From an uncultured Clostridia bacterium (GTDB taxonomy: Bacteria; Bacillota; Clostridia; Christensenellales; UBA1242), in contig CALWPL010000001.1 in assembly GCA_944383405.1 (NCBI GenBank), positions 196,004-260,003 on the forward strand: a DNA stretch of 64,000 bases, given 5' to 3'. Each line of letters starts with the position of its first letter. The first letter of the stretch is position 1. Of the stretch, positions 12,701 to 27,700 are shown piece after piece. The notes under the pieces are model-generated. The model saw only the letters and a list, made by a program, of their open reading frames with translations. It had not been told where the DNA came from and made no database searches. The position numbers and the translations under genes are program-made.

Positions 12701-15700
12701 CGCAAGTTCAAGTAGTGATAGTTTAGGAATAGATGGGATACTTGTTTTACAAGGAACAAATAGTTTTACAAGCACAATTATTGGGCAAATTGTATTAGAT
12801 GGTAATGGGTTTATTGCTGATTATGGTAATTTGACAATTGATAGTAATGTTGAAATTCTAAGAAAGAAAGAAAATGAAAATAGTTATACAATTGCAGATA
12901 CTGTTGTCGCTTTTGCTTCAACTAGTGATGTTCAGGGGTATATTGACATTTATTCGCTTTATGATGGGTATCGTGAAAACAATCAAGATTGGAGTTTAGC
13001 ACATATTACAACTCATAATGATAGCAGTGTTATTGGAGAGTCGGGTGTATTTATAGACCCAAATGCTTCAAGAGAATATAGTGCAAGTAATTCAAACTGG
13101 GTAACTGATTTATTACAACTTGCAACTGAGTTTGAAATTACCGTATATGAAAGAGAGAACATGGAGGTTGCATATAACATTAATGTTATGTATGGCGACA
13201 CTTACTCAGAACATATTAGAGGAGCAGAACTTGGTGGAGAAACAGGAAGTGTAATAAGTACAGTTAATGGCAAAATTGAAAATGGGAAAGCGACTTTGTA
13301 TTATGCTGGATATAGTGTAAGTGAATTTTATTTAATACAAGACAATGGTTATCTTGCAATGGGTAATTTTGGCTATAATGATACCACAACTCAAATATAT
13401 TTTGACAAAGATATTTTTGCGGCATGGACACCAGCAGCACCAGAAGTTATCGTCAAGGTTTACAAAGGAGTTATAAATGAACAAGGGGAAGTTTCAGTTG
13501 ATGAAGATGGAAATTATGTGCTAGGAGAAGAAGTAGAACAAACTGTAATTGACGATAGAAAGGAAGTTTCATTTACTTATGGGGAGCCAGTTATTTTAAA
13601 ACTAGAGATTACAAATCGTGGAGAGACTGGTTTTACTTACACATATAATTGGTACGAAAATTATTTAGCAGGTGGCGGTGGTACTTTTGTTGGTGGTGAA
13701 GATACAATTTTATTAACTGAAGCATCAAACAATTCCTACAGTGCATATGTAACTTCACAGGTAACAGGAATATCTGGTACTATGAGCAATCAAGCGAGAA
13801 TAGAAGAAGCAACTGTTGTTGTAAATATTTCTCAGGCAAAACTATCAATAGGAATAGTTAATAGTGAGTTTACTTACGAAGGAGAAGATATTTATGTTAC
13901 AACCCAAGATGGCAACTTAACTTATGGAGAAAATGGATTACCAAATATCGATAACTTCTATATTGAAGATAGAACTCCACTTAAATATACTGATGAAATA
14001 GGAGATTTAGGACTTGAAGTAGTAAACAGCGAAACAAGTATAGGTATTGCTAAAAATGTTGGGACATACACATTTAATTTTTCGCTTTCAAATACAAATT
14101 ATGTGATTGAAACTGGTACTTTAAACTGGGAGATTGTTCCATTAGAACTTGAAATTGATTATTGGATAGATATTGGACTTGATGGTGTTACTGGAACAAA
14201 TTATTATAACGAATACACAAGTGCTTTTGAATCAATCGTTGATACAAGCCATATTCTCATACCACATTTTAGTAATGTAAAAAATGAGGATAGAGTCAAT
14301 GTTGAACTTAGTTATTATGTTAATGGTTCTTCAAGTGTTGATAAAACAATGTTCCTTGCATTTACAAATGCTAGACATGAAAGTGCAAGTCCTTATATTA
14401 TTCCAAGACTTGATTATATAGGTAATACTGAATATGCTGATTACACAGGATATACAAGTTCGTCAACAATTCGTACAATAATTGCAAATATTTATAACGA
14501 ATATGACAACTATATTTTATCAGATGATATTACAAATAATGAAATTGAGTGGAGCATTACAGGAACACAGGCTTTTGTTAATCTTTGGGCAGTTGAAACT
14601 GGAATGACAATAAGTAGTTATATTAATTCTGATGAAATGGAAGTCAGAGATAATATGTATATTTTGGAAAGGGCATATACTCCTGGCGGATATAATATAA
14701 CATTTAATCTTAAAGATAGCTCTGGCGGTACAATACCAACAGGAGCAAGAGTAAATCTTTCTGTTAATGGGGTTGAAGAAGATGGAACTGGTATTCAAAA
14801 TACTATAACATTTGATATAGATAGATTTAATGGTTCAAATCTTCAATTTGCAACTGACTCTGCTTATTTGAATTATCTAAATATTGTAAATGCTGGTGTT
14901 TATCAAATAACCGTTAGTATTGATGAAGAATCAAGTAATTATTTTGAATCTCCAACAGCAATTTACACTATGGAATTTACAATTCACAAAGCAACATTGT
15001 CTCTTGAATGGGGAGTTATGAGACAAGCCGATCAGGCTCCTATGGAAACAGAAGAAGTAAGTGTACAAGCAGAACTTCCAGATGGAACATTTACATTACT
15101 TAATGGACTTGCAGTTACATATAATAATATATTCTATGTTCCTTATGTAACAGGCTGTGCGGAAAATATTGCACTCACAGTTGAATATTCGGAAGATAAC
15201 CAAAGTTATTATTCTTTTGCTGAAAGTTTAAATAGATTATATAAGAGAAATGCGGGAACTTATGTATTCTTTGCTCGTCTTGCAGATCCTAATTTGGAAA
15301 AAAATTATATAATAGAAGAAAATGGTATTTTTGCATTTGTAATTGAAAGGATTGCTCTTTCAGTTAGTTGGCCTGCGTCAGAATTTGAGTGGACTTCAAA
15401 TGAAATAACATGCGAGCCAGTAATAACAGGAGTTTTACCTGGAGATGCTAGCGGGTCGGGGTTATGGACAATAACCGGCAACAAAGCAACTGATATAGGT
15501 AGCGGATATGTTTGTGAAATTTTGCCTAGCGAGACAATGCTTAGCGGAGAAAATTGCAACTACACATTCGACAATCCAGAAAATCAACCAAGTTTAACTC
15601 ATTCATGGAGTATTGTTCAAAGGACTCTTGGGGTAACATGGTTCGCATACACTTATAGTGATAGCGAATATACTCCTTTATATGAACAAGTTTTCCCAAA

Positions 15701-18700
15701 TGGGACTATAAGTGCTAAGATATTTACTTATAACAATATAGGATATGTACTAATTCCACAACTTACAAACATTGTTGATAGATTGGCTGATTTTAGTGAT
15801 GTACAAGCGACTTTTGTAGATACAGTAACTAGTCAATACAATCAAGACGCAACATGGACAGACGCTGGAAGATATAGGAGAGAGGTAACAGGGCTTACGG
15901 GAACTTCTATGGGTTATTATAGACTGCCAGCATCAACAGATGTTCAAATGTCTATTGTCTGGGAAGTTGGTGCAAAACCTATTCAGGTAAGTTGGAGCAC
16001 TCCAACAACTTTTGAGTTTGACGGGGAAATTCATGGAATTACAGCAAGTGTAGTGCCATCATCACTTGCCGAAGGCGATGACGAAAACTCAATTGTTTTC
16101 ACATATTCACTTGAAGGAGTAAATGTTAGAGAAGCGGTTGAAGTTGGTACTTATTATGCTACAATTATAGATACTGGAAATCCTAATTATACAGTAGAAG
16201 ATGGCAGTGTTAGAGAATGGACTATAACTAAAAGAGAATTACAACTTAACTGGTCATGGTTTAGTGATGAAGGTGGCGATGAACTCACTGATGAAAACAA
16301 CAGGAGAGCAAAAACTTATAGTGGAACTCCACTTTATTTGACAATTAATGAAAATTCTTCTGCAAGTATTATTGGTAGAGTTGAGTCAAGACCTAATGTT
16401 CATGTAAGTATAGCCTATACCAATTCATTGAATGCCTCAATTACAGGAGACAGGGCGATAAATGTTGGTGTTTATAGGGCTGTTGCTACATTAACAGGAG
16501 ATGATTCTGATTGTTACACAATAAGAAGTGGGGATGAACAAATTGAATGGTCAATTGTTCAAAGAACGCTTGAATTTGATTGGCTTGCGTATTCAGATTA
16601 TAATCAGGTTGAATTACAAACTACAAATGCGACAAGAGTGCTTATAAATGTTGTAAATAGAGCACAATATTTTATGTTTTCACCTACTAATGTGGTCGCA
16701 GGAGATTCATTGTCATTTACCGTTATAAGAACAGGTGGTGGACTTACAAGCGATTCGGTTGATAGTAGACTAACTGTTAATTTGCAAGATGCTTCAAGTC
16801 TTTCAGACTTTGTTTCAAGGCTAAGTACATGGGCAATAAATGCTGGGAGTTACGAAATTGAAATTTCTGGTATTTCTGGAGATGCGATGAGTAATTATAG
16901 ATTGCCAGATGACAAATTGGATAGGTCTCAAATTTGGAGATTAAATCCGGTTGAACTTAATGTGGATAGAGCAATAAGAATAAGTTATAATGGCTCTCAG
17001 ACACCATTTACATATAATGGACAAAATCAAACTGTAACAATAAGGGTTTATGATGCATGGTCTAATCTTGATGAAAGTTTAGAAAACGCTTTCTTAATAC
17101 AAGATACTGATTTTGTGTTAGAAGGGATAACCCAAAGAAATGTTGCGGCAACCGATAATTATACTTGGGTAGCAACTGTTACTTTAATTAATCCTAACTT
17201 TACCTTCACAGATGGAGAGTATAACTCAGAAACCAATCAAGTTGAAGGTGCAACTATACTTTCTCAAAGTTATTGGGATGTTGAATGGATTATTAATCCA
17301 CTTATTGCCGAACTTTCATGGAGTAGTTCAGAAGAAGGGTTTAGTTATGATGGCATAACAAAAATTGTTATTGCAGAAGTAAGCAATGTTATTGAAGGGG
17401 ATACCGTTCGTGTTACAAGATATTCGACAGATGCTATTGACCCAAATTCTGAATATTATGATTATGTAACAGCAAATGAAGATGGAAATAAATATTATGT
17501 TTATTCAGCAACAAATGTAGGAGTTTACTGTGCTAGGGCAATTCAACTTAGCAATAGAAATTACACTCTTATAAACTGTTCAACTGCTGAGAATTTATGG
17601 AAGATAAATCAAAAGACTTTAACAGTAACATGGGGTTCACAGGGAACGATAAGCATTGTTGATGGCGTGTCTACTGCGGTTTATGCAAAATCGGCAATTT
17701 ATTACATTCCACAAGTTTCTGGCATTATAGCAGGAGATGAAAGTGGAGTTGAAGTTTCTATTACTTATAAATATAGAGAAAGTAGTGATGTGCCTTGGGA
17801 TTCTGCACAAAATATTGAAGCATCAAATTGTATTACTGTTGGGGAGTATAGATGTGAAATTTCTATAACAAATGGTGGGGATAAATATGTATTGTCTTCT
17901 GATGATATGTATAGGACATGGACTATTGTGCCAAGGACCCTATCATTTAACTGGCGAGAACTATCCGCCACCTATACAGGGCAGGCACTTAGTCCACAGG
18001 TAACAATGGTTGGTCAAATGAGTGGAGACCAAGTAAGTGTAGGAGAGTATAGATATACAAATGCTAGTGGAGAAACTTTAACGAGTGTATCTGCAGTTGG
18101 TAGTTATACTGTTGAAGTTTTATCACTAACGGGTAATGATAGCAAGAATTATACCATTGAAGGGAGTAGTAATAGAACAGCAACATTTAATATTGTGCCA
18201 ATAAGAGTGTCTTTTGAATTTACTCCAAGTACTAATGATTGGACATATAATGGACAGCCTAAATATTATGAACCAACAGGGTTAAAAGGTATTCTTAGTG
18301 GAGAGCAGGTTTCATTTAACTTAACTTATACTTATAGAAATGTAGCAGGAGTATTGAGTAGTACTCCACCAAGTGGACCAAATTATTGTGTTAATGCAGG
18401 TACTTATACTGTAACTGTAAGTTTAACAGGAAATAATGCCGGTAATTATAGCCTAGAAGATTATAGTGTTGAAGCATTGACTAGAACATGGACAATTCAG
18501 CAAAGAGTTGTAACTTTTACATGGGGAAATGTTGGCGACACTGTTGTAGGTGGCGTATATAGATATCAGTATACAGGGGAGTCAATAAGAATTGAAGCCG
18601 CTGTTGTAAATAATGGTGGGCCACAAGAAGATAATGTAACAGTTGGGGAGTATGCACTTAATGAATTTGTAAGTTGTGGAAATTATGTTGCAAGAGTTGT

Positions 18701-21700
18701 TAGCCTTGACGCAGCAAATAGTAATAACTATACATTTGATACTGCAGCAGCAAGTACTCAGCAAGCATGGGCGATTGTTGCAAAAGAACTTGCAATTCAA
18801 GATATTTCATGGCAATACAATGGGGGATTGACTTCAACAACTTTGGAGCACGAATATTCGGGAGAAGAAATAAGTATTATACCTAGTATTTTATCAAGCA
18901 GTTTAGTTGAAGTTGATAGAGATAGAGTTTATTTGCAATATAGTATTACAAGAAATGATGTTGGCGTTTCAGAATGTATTGATGTGGGTACTTATACTGT
19001 AACTATTACTGGCATTGGTGGCGAGAGTGCAGGAAATTATTCTATTAATAATTTACAAGAGCAAGAAACTGGGCTTTCTATGAGTTGGCAAATAACCCAA
19101 AGAGAGATTTATTATACTTATGATAAATCAACTGCTGGGAGTAGTATTTCAGGAAATAGTCTTGTTGCAACTTATTCAGGTAGTGCAATAAGATTTGGAG
19201 TTTTATTACAAAATACTATTGCAAGTGATAATGTTTACCCATTATATAGTTATACAGCAGGCGGAGAACAACAATCGAACTTAGTTATTTGTTCACTTAC
19301 ACAAGCAGGAAATTATACTGCGAACTTAACTCTTGGCGGAAGCGATGCTAGTAATTATGTTTTAGCACAAGATTATACTCAGGCATTATTTAGAGTTTTG
19401 CAAGTAGAACTTACTTTAAGTGGAGATTGGACTCCAACAAGTTTTAGTTATACTGGTGAAAATCAATATCCAACAATTACTATAAATGGTGTTCAACCAG
19501 GAGACATGCCTTATGAATATGCTTATAGGGTTGAAACTGCAAGCGGTTCATTTACAGATATGACTGCAAATACAGTTCCTTCTCGTGCAGGTAGTTATCA
19601 AATTGAATTAAGGCTAACACAAGATGGGCAAATTAACTATGCTTGGGCAAGTGATGTTACAATAGACATGCGTACCTTTGAATTCCAGATTAATCCTATT
19701 GATGTGAACTATGAAGTTATTCCTTTACAAATGGGGAGTTCAGACACTGAGGCAAGTGTAGAAGATAGGACAACAACTGTACTTGTAGTATTGTATGGGG
19801 CTAACGGACAAGGTGCGTCTAGACCAACTGGCAATATTTGGTTCTATAATGGTGAAAATGGAACTCAACTTTATACAGGCAAACTTTTAACTTCGTATAC
19901 AGTAGGCACTTATCCAAATTATGAGAATATTATAAGTGCAAGGCTTGTTGGAAATTATGCTTATGCAATTTTTAGTTATACAGAAGCAAATTCATCAAGA
20001 TATTTACCAGCATTATCATTTACATCAGATTCTAATGATTTGCAAGGAACATTGTATACTAATTACAATTCATTTACTAATCAGGCTATTGTTGACGATA
20101 TTGAGGACAGCCAATTTATTCCATCTGGACAAACACAAAACCCTCTTTATATGTATTATCTAGACCCAACTTCTGTTGAAGGTAGTCCAAGTTATATAAT
20201 TGCAAACGGACAACTTATTGAAAGTTCTTATGTATATGGAGACACAATGATTCTATTTATTGTTGGCGGTTCTAGAATAGGTTCAACAAGTAATCCAAAT
20301 GATGGATTTAGGCTATCAATGGGGAATTTAGGTGTAATATCAGCAGGACAGCAAATTACTCAGATAGGTAATGGTGTTGCTCCTTGTGAAGTTACTTATG
20401 TAACAGGTTCAAGCGATAGTCAACTTAGTGCGTTTATTGAATATTATAAGAATAATAACAGTTTGACAGATGACAATTTCCCAGGGGCTATAAAGGTAAC
20501 AATTAGATTCTTAAGACCAACCGGAACATCTGCAGGAAATGAGATTAGTATAAGTGGTTATAAAGATGGTGGAACATATGGTGGTAGTAATTATTCTTCT
20601 ACATATTCAAATTCACTTAACATTTATGTAGGAAAGAAAACTATCAATGCAAACATTCCAGATGCGACACAGACTTATAATACAAATAATGTTACATTTG
20701 TTTCTGATATCGTAAATGGTCAAGTTGTATATTACACATTAGACAAAGAAGAAGTAGTTAATGTATTTGAAGGACAAACAGAGATTCAAGAAGGCGACTT
20801 TGACGAATTACTTTCTCAAATATCTCCTACATTCCGAGTCTCAGGTGAGGATTGGAGTACTTATAGAGTTGGAGAATACGAAGGGGTTATAACATCTGTT
20901 TTTGATAGTATATATTATAATGTTGTCGTTGATATTAATGCTAATAATAGGTTTGGAACTTTAAGGGTTTCAGGTAGACATTTAACAGAAGACGATGTTG
21001 TTATTACTGTTAATGATGATAGTCTTGTATATGATGGCAGTGCAAAACAGCCAAGTTTAACAGTTAGATTAATAGAAGATGATGGTTCACTATCACCAAT
21101 AGATTCAAGTGATTATGGTATATCATATTTTAACAATGTTAATGCTGGAAGTTCGGCGTATGCAAGAATAACATTTACTGGAAGTCAGCAAGGAGTTCAA
21201 ACAGATTATAGATATTCAGGTATTATAGATGCATACTTTACTATTCAAAAATTAGATATAAGCGGTTCAAACTTACCTACAAATAGACAAATAGTAATTG
21301 ATTCTGCTATCACAAGTGATGAAATCTATACAGGTAGTACAATAACTAAGAATTTCTTTGATACTCAAAATCGTTCAAGAATTTACATTACAGAAAATGG
21401 CGTTTCAAATCCTATTGCCTATATAACTCAGGATACAGATTTTATTGTTTCCTATTCAAATAATATTAATAGAACTGACAATGCAACTATTACTCTTACT
21501 GGTAGGGGAACAAATGTTACTGGAACGAGAACAATAACTTTCAAAATTCTTCCTATGACAATAACAACTGAAATGATTGGGGATAATTATGGTTTAAGTT
21601 CTGGGAAAGAAGTAATGTATTCAGGACTAAATAATACTCCAAGTGTAGATTATTTGAGATTGCAAGATGGCTCTGTTTCGTTTGTTTATGACCGTGAAAC

Positions 21701-24700
21701 TATTGCTTATTATTCATATAATGCTCAAAATCAACAATATACTCAATTAAGAGAAAGAGATACTATTGAATGTGGTGTGTATTATGTTGGTGTTACAATT
21801 ACACAGGCTGTGAATTCATTATTCTTTAACTATACGGGAACAGTTTATTTAAGATATGAGGTTGTCCCGCTTAGTATTACAAATAATGATGACATTATAG
21901 TTGAAATTCAAAATGATCCTACATTAAATCCAGATGGAACCTTCTATTTTATGGCAGAACCTATTTTACCTAAAATAAAGGTATATTGGAATGCTCCAGT
22001 TGTAAGTTTTGAAGAAAATGGAGATGTAATATTCGAAGGCAAATATCAAAAAACTCTTTTAGCAGAAGATGTGCAGTTTAATATTTCTCCTGTAACAAAT
22101 CAGAATGGGGACCCTATTCTTGGGGACGATGGTAGGTATATTAACTTCTATGCAGGCGATGGGACAATTACTATAAATGGAATGGATAATTTTACCGATT
22201 CGCATGTTACGCATTTTACAATTGAAAGAAGAACTCTAACTTCTATTCCACAAGGCGACCTTATTATCTTATTTGAAGATTATGTTTATACTGGAAGACA
22301 AATACTTCCAACTAAAGAAAATATTACATTAACTTATAATAATTATCCTGTTGAATATGATATAACTGGATATGGAAACAATGTTAATGTAAGTGATGGT
22401 GGAAGCGTAACAATTGTTGGCAATAGCAACTTTACAGGAGAAAGAACATTTACTTTCTCAATTGACCCATTAAATCTTGATGATAATAATCAACAATTAG
22501 TGATTGAACTTTTAAATGACACATTTATTTACACGGGGGAACAAATAAGGCCTAAAATCGCAGGTGTATATTATAATGGTATAAAATTGATTGAAGGAGA
22601 GGATTACAATACACCTACTTATGGCACAAATACAAATGTTAGCGAAGGTGGAACTATTTCAATACTCTTTACTATGAGTGGCGGAAATGGAAACTTTACA
22701 GGAAATGTAACAAAAAGTTTCTCAATTAGTAGAAGACCACTTGATGATACTAATTTTGTTATAACTGACTATGAACTTGATGAAAATGCGACTGCGGTTC
22801 AAGAATTAACTCCAGTAACATATACTGGGTCTGACATTACTAAAAATATTTATGTATATGTAATAAGAGTTGAAGGCGGAATTAAAAGATATGAAAAATT
22901 GACTAACAATTCTGATTATCAGACAACTATTACAAATAACAGAAATGTGGGAGACGGGATTGTAACTGTAGAAGGTTTAGGAAATTATACTTCTTCAATT
23001 TCTGTTCCATTTGAAATTTTACCGCTTAATATAAGTAGCGCTATAACAAATAGAAGTCTAACTATTGCAGAACTTAAACAAGAAGAAGGGAATTTAACAT
23101 ATCTCGTAGACCAATATTATAGTAGTTCAATTATTATTCCAAGTCTAACAATTAGTTATAGCGGTTCAAGATTATCTCAAGGAATAGACTATGTACTTGA
23201 AGCAGTTATTGATGGCGATAGTAGATATGGAGACAATATAAGTGTTGGAAAAAATAATAGAGTTAGGTTAACAGGGCGGGGTAATTTTACTGGCACATAT
23301 ATGTTGTATTATGATATTCTTCCAAAAGATTTAGATAATAATCCAACAATTTCTACTAATATCTCAGCGATACCAGATCAAGAGTATACAGGAGAAGAAA
23401 TAACGCCAAGTGCAAGTGTTATAGTTTATGATGGAGATTATATATTAATTCAAGGTCAAGATTATGAGATTTCATATATTAACAATATTAAAGTAGGTAG
23501 AGCAAGTATTAGAGTTAGTGGACTTGGGGATTATACTGGAAACATTGATGCAACATTTAATATTGTGGCAAGAGATATTTCAAATCATGTAAGTGAATTT
23601 AGATTTGAAACAAAAGGACTTATCTACACTGGTTCACAAATCACATTGGGTGGACATAATGTTAACAACTTTGATTTCTATTACAAAAATACACGACTTG
23701 AATATATAACAGATTTCTCTTTCTCTGATTCCTATCAAAACAATGTGAATGTTGGAGTAGCATCAGTTTTAATTACTGGAAGCGGTAATTTTACAGGTTC
23801 TGCAAGATTTGAATTTAATATTGAACCACAAGAGTTTGACTCAAATACATGGGAAATAATTCTTGATGAGATTTATAGATATACAGGAAATCCTGTTATG
23901 CCAATTCCACTTATATATGATGCTAATGATAATATGGTTGAAAGTGATAGTTATCAAATAAGTTATGCTAATAACCAATCACAATCACATAGAAATAACA
24001 ATGGGGCATGGACCCAAATTGGTGGGTCAACTGCACAGTTGCCAAGAGTTATTTTAACTTTCACAGGTAATTATTCGGGTTCTACACAAAAAACATTTGG
24101 TATAGGACAGATAGAAATAACCTTAGATGACTTAAATACCGATTATTTACTTCATAATGTTTACTATAGTGGCAGTGAAATACATTTAACACTTGATGAC
24201 TTAGAATTAAGATTGAAGAGCGATGAAGCAAAGTCAAATCCAAATGTTACCGAAGTTGATGAATACATTTTAACACAGGGAGATATTGAATCTATAACAA
24301 ACTATAATGTTTCGCCTTATGATAATAGAAATGCGGGGACTGGAGCAATTAGAGTAGTATTTGGTGGAGCAAGGAGTGTTTATACTGGCGAAGTTATACT
24401 TGAATACGAAATCGAGAGACTAGACTTAGGTAGTGATCTTGGTAGGCAATTATTAAATATTGCTGAAAGTGTTTTAACAAGTGAAATGTATACGGGTTCT
24501 GAAATTCGAAAAAATTTAACTAATAAGTTAAGTATTGGAGATACAACTCTTGTAGAAGGAATGCCATCTGATTTTGTTGCAAGTTTCTCATCAAATACAG
24601 AAGTTGGAATAGCAACAATAACTCTCACTGGTTATAACAATTTAACTGGTAGTAGGCAAATTACTTTTGAAATTATTCCAAGGCAATTTACAGACTCTGA

Positions 24701-27700
24701 TATGTTTGTAGTTTCTGACATTAGAAACATTACATATTTATATGGAACACCTATTTATGTTGATAATGAATTTACGGTTAGTTACCTTGTGAATGGAGAA
24801 AGTAAAATACTAAGATCTGGTGTAGATTATTTCATTAGTAGCTACGATAACAATATAAATGCAGGTGTAGCAACAGTTTATATTGAAGGTAGTGGTAATT
24901 TTAGTGGAACACTTTCAAAAGAATTTACTATTTCAAAACGAAGCATTGTTACTGCAAACATAGGATTAGCAAATGGAGATGTAGAATACTACACAGGAGA
25001 AGAAATTCTTATAGTAGATGGCGTTGATGAAAATGGTAGTTATTTTGAAGTTCTAGTTAGTGGAGAAGAGGGTGGTAAATCATATAGCGAAGTAATTAAA
25101 GTTTATAATGATGAAGTTATTGCAAAATATTATGAGGATCCTACTTACGGATATAAAAATAATTTAGTTGTTAGTGATACTGGGGCTAGAATAATATTTG
25201 CACTTAATGATAATTATGTCGGAGATAATTTAATATTAGTATTTGAAATTAGACCTCGAGTTTATAACGATACAGAATTTAAAGTTCCAAATATTTATAA
25301 TCAAACTTGGACTGGTTCTCAAATTAGACCAACATTTGACGGAGATGTTTATACTAGTGGACCAATAACATTTACAAATGAAAATGGCACAGAAATTGAA
25401 CTTAAATATGGTAAAGATTATACACTTGATTATGGAACCAATAAAAATTTTAATACAACAGGTACAGTTACTGTTACATTTATCGGAAACTATACAGGAG
25501 ATGTAATAAAGAGATTCCAGATTATGAAGGCGGTGCCAAGTGTTGAAGAATTTATGGAAGTATTTAAAAATGCATATGTTGTTCCGTATTCCGCTACAAG
25601 TATTGACATGCTTATTAGATACGGAGAAGTTGAAACGCTTGCTGACTTGAAAATAGTTGATGCTTTAAATAATGTAATCTCAAGTATTACATGGGCAAAC
25701 GAAGGTTTCCAAATTGGGACCGTAGGTACTTATGAAGTATATGTGAGGTACAATCCAGATAGAGAAATTTATGATGATCTAGTAACAACAATTGAGATTG
25801 TGGTACACAAGGGTTTATTTAGTGCAGAAGATATAAACATCTATGAAGGGCAAGAAAATAATTATTTCGCAAGTGAGTATCATGCTCATATTGTACTTAA
25901 TGACATTACACTTCCTGAGGGATATTCTTGGCAGTATCAAGAGGTTATTGCATCAGATATTGTAGTAGGAAACACATATTATGTTATTGAAAACGGAGAA
26001 TATGTTGAAAAGTATATTGGCAGTCAATCTGATTATGACCCTACTTTGACTTACTATGAGTCAGTAACAAATCTTGATAAAGACGAGCCAGAATACATAA
26101 TCGGTTCTGATAGGGATTATATAGAATTTACATTTATGGCAAAGTATAATTCAAATCCTATGCTTTATGAAGATTACATAGATATTCCTGTTACAATTAG
26201 AATTTACAAAGGCAATTTGAATGCGTCTACATTTAGGTATAGAGATATAACAAGAACTTATACTCCAACGCTTACTGCTTCTTCAATTTCAATTTCTAGG
26301 TCTTCTCCATGGAGTTGGATTGAAGATCAGGAGAATTTTAGAACTTTGCTTGAAGCAAGAGAAGACCCTTATGTTTTCTATATGTTATACAATCCAATGA
26401 ACGCAAGTGATACTGGTTCTCCAATAGATGGCGGTTTCCCAAAGAGCGTTTATGGTAAAAAAGAGAACTATAATACGGTTGTTGTTGAAGTTTATGTTTA
26501 TGTAACTCGAGCAACTTATACTCAAAGTCAAGTGCTTGCAGAATTATCATATTATATGCCTCCAACCTTCACTTATAAAGAGAACTTAACTACAGCAAAC
26601 ATAAACTTGAATTTACCAGAAGGGTTTAGTTTAAGAGATGTTTCTACAAGATTATATTACGGGAAAAATCAGATTTTCCTTGTATATAATAGAGATTCTT
26701 CTATTAATTCAAATTACAATTCTTATGGTGAAAGTTTGTCAGAAAGAGTGCAACTTACTATAAATGTTGTTTCTCCAACACTTCAAGGTTCTCTTAGTAC
26801 AGACAGGGATACTTATAGGGAAGTAGAGGCGACTCCATCAAATGGACTAGTTATTATAAGAGAGTATGGAGATACGGTTGCTAATAATAGACCTACAATA
26901 CCTTATATTGTTACATATTATGACCCATATTCAGATACTTGGGCAGAAGTTTCTGGAAGAGCAGAGTGGGTAGATGGGAGTGAAAGGCTTTTAACTGTTG
27001 GGTATATTTCACGACAACTTAGGTTCTATCCTGATGATAAAAATTATGTTTCAAATCAGGATTATACAACTTTTGATGTTGCTGTGAAAATAGACCAGGT
27101 CCCAGTAGATACAAGTCAAGTAACTTTCCCAAGCGACAAACAATATATAGTCTATGACAATTCTCCAACATTAAATCGTTTTGATAAGATTATTGTAAGT
27201 GAGTCGTCGCCATTTAATAATTTAGATGCTTTAAAAGATGTATATTATACTTATAAACAAGTGTTATTGAATCCAGATGGTTCAATTATTGAAGAAAGTT
27301 TGAATGGAGAAGAAAGAGAACTTAGAATTTCAACTATTCTTAATGCTGGTGGAGACGGAGAATTGTACGGATCTGCATATATTATTACTGCTCACTTTGA
27401 TAGGGGACAATGTGTGTATTATGATTTTGGTGATTATGAGCCAAGTATGATGTTGTACATTGCAAGGGCAGACCTAGAAATTTCGATTGAAGATGTTACA
27501 AAAACTTATGGAGATGTAAGCATTTCAAGTGGTATTGAGAATTTTACAATTTATGGGCTTGGTCAATTAAATCAAACAGATTATGTCTTTGGAATATATG
27601 ACCAAGATAATAATAGGGTAACTCTTAGATACAATTCAAATGTAGGCGAATATAGAATTATACTTACATTAAATGAAAGTCTGCGTACAAACTTTAATTA

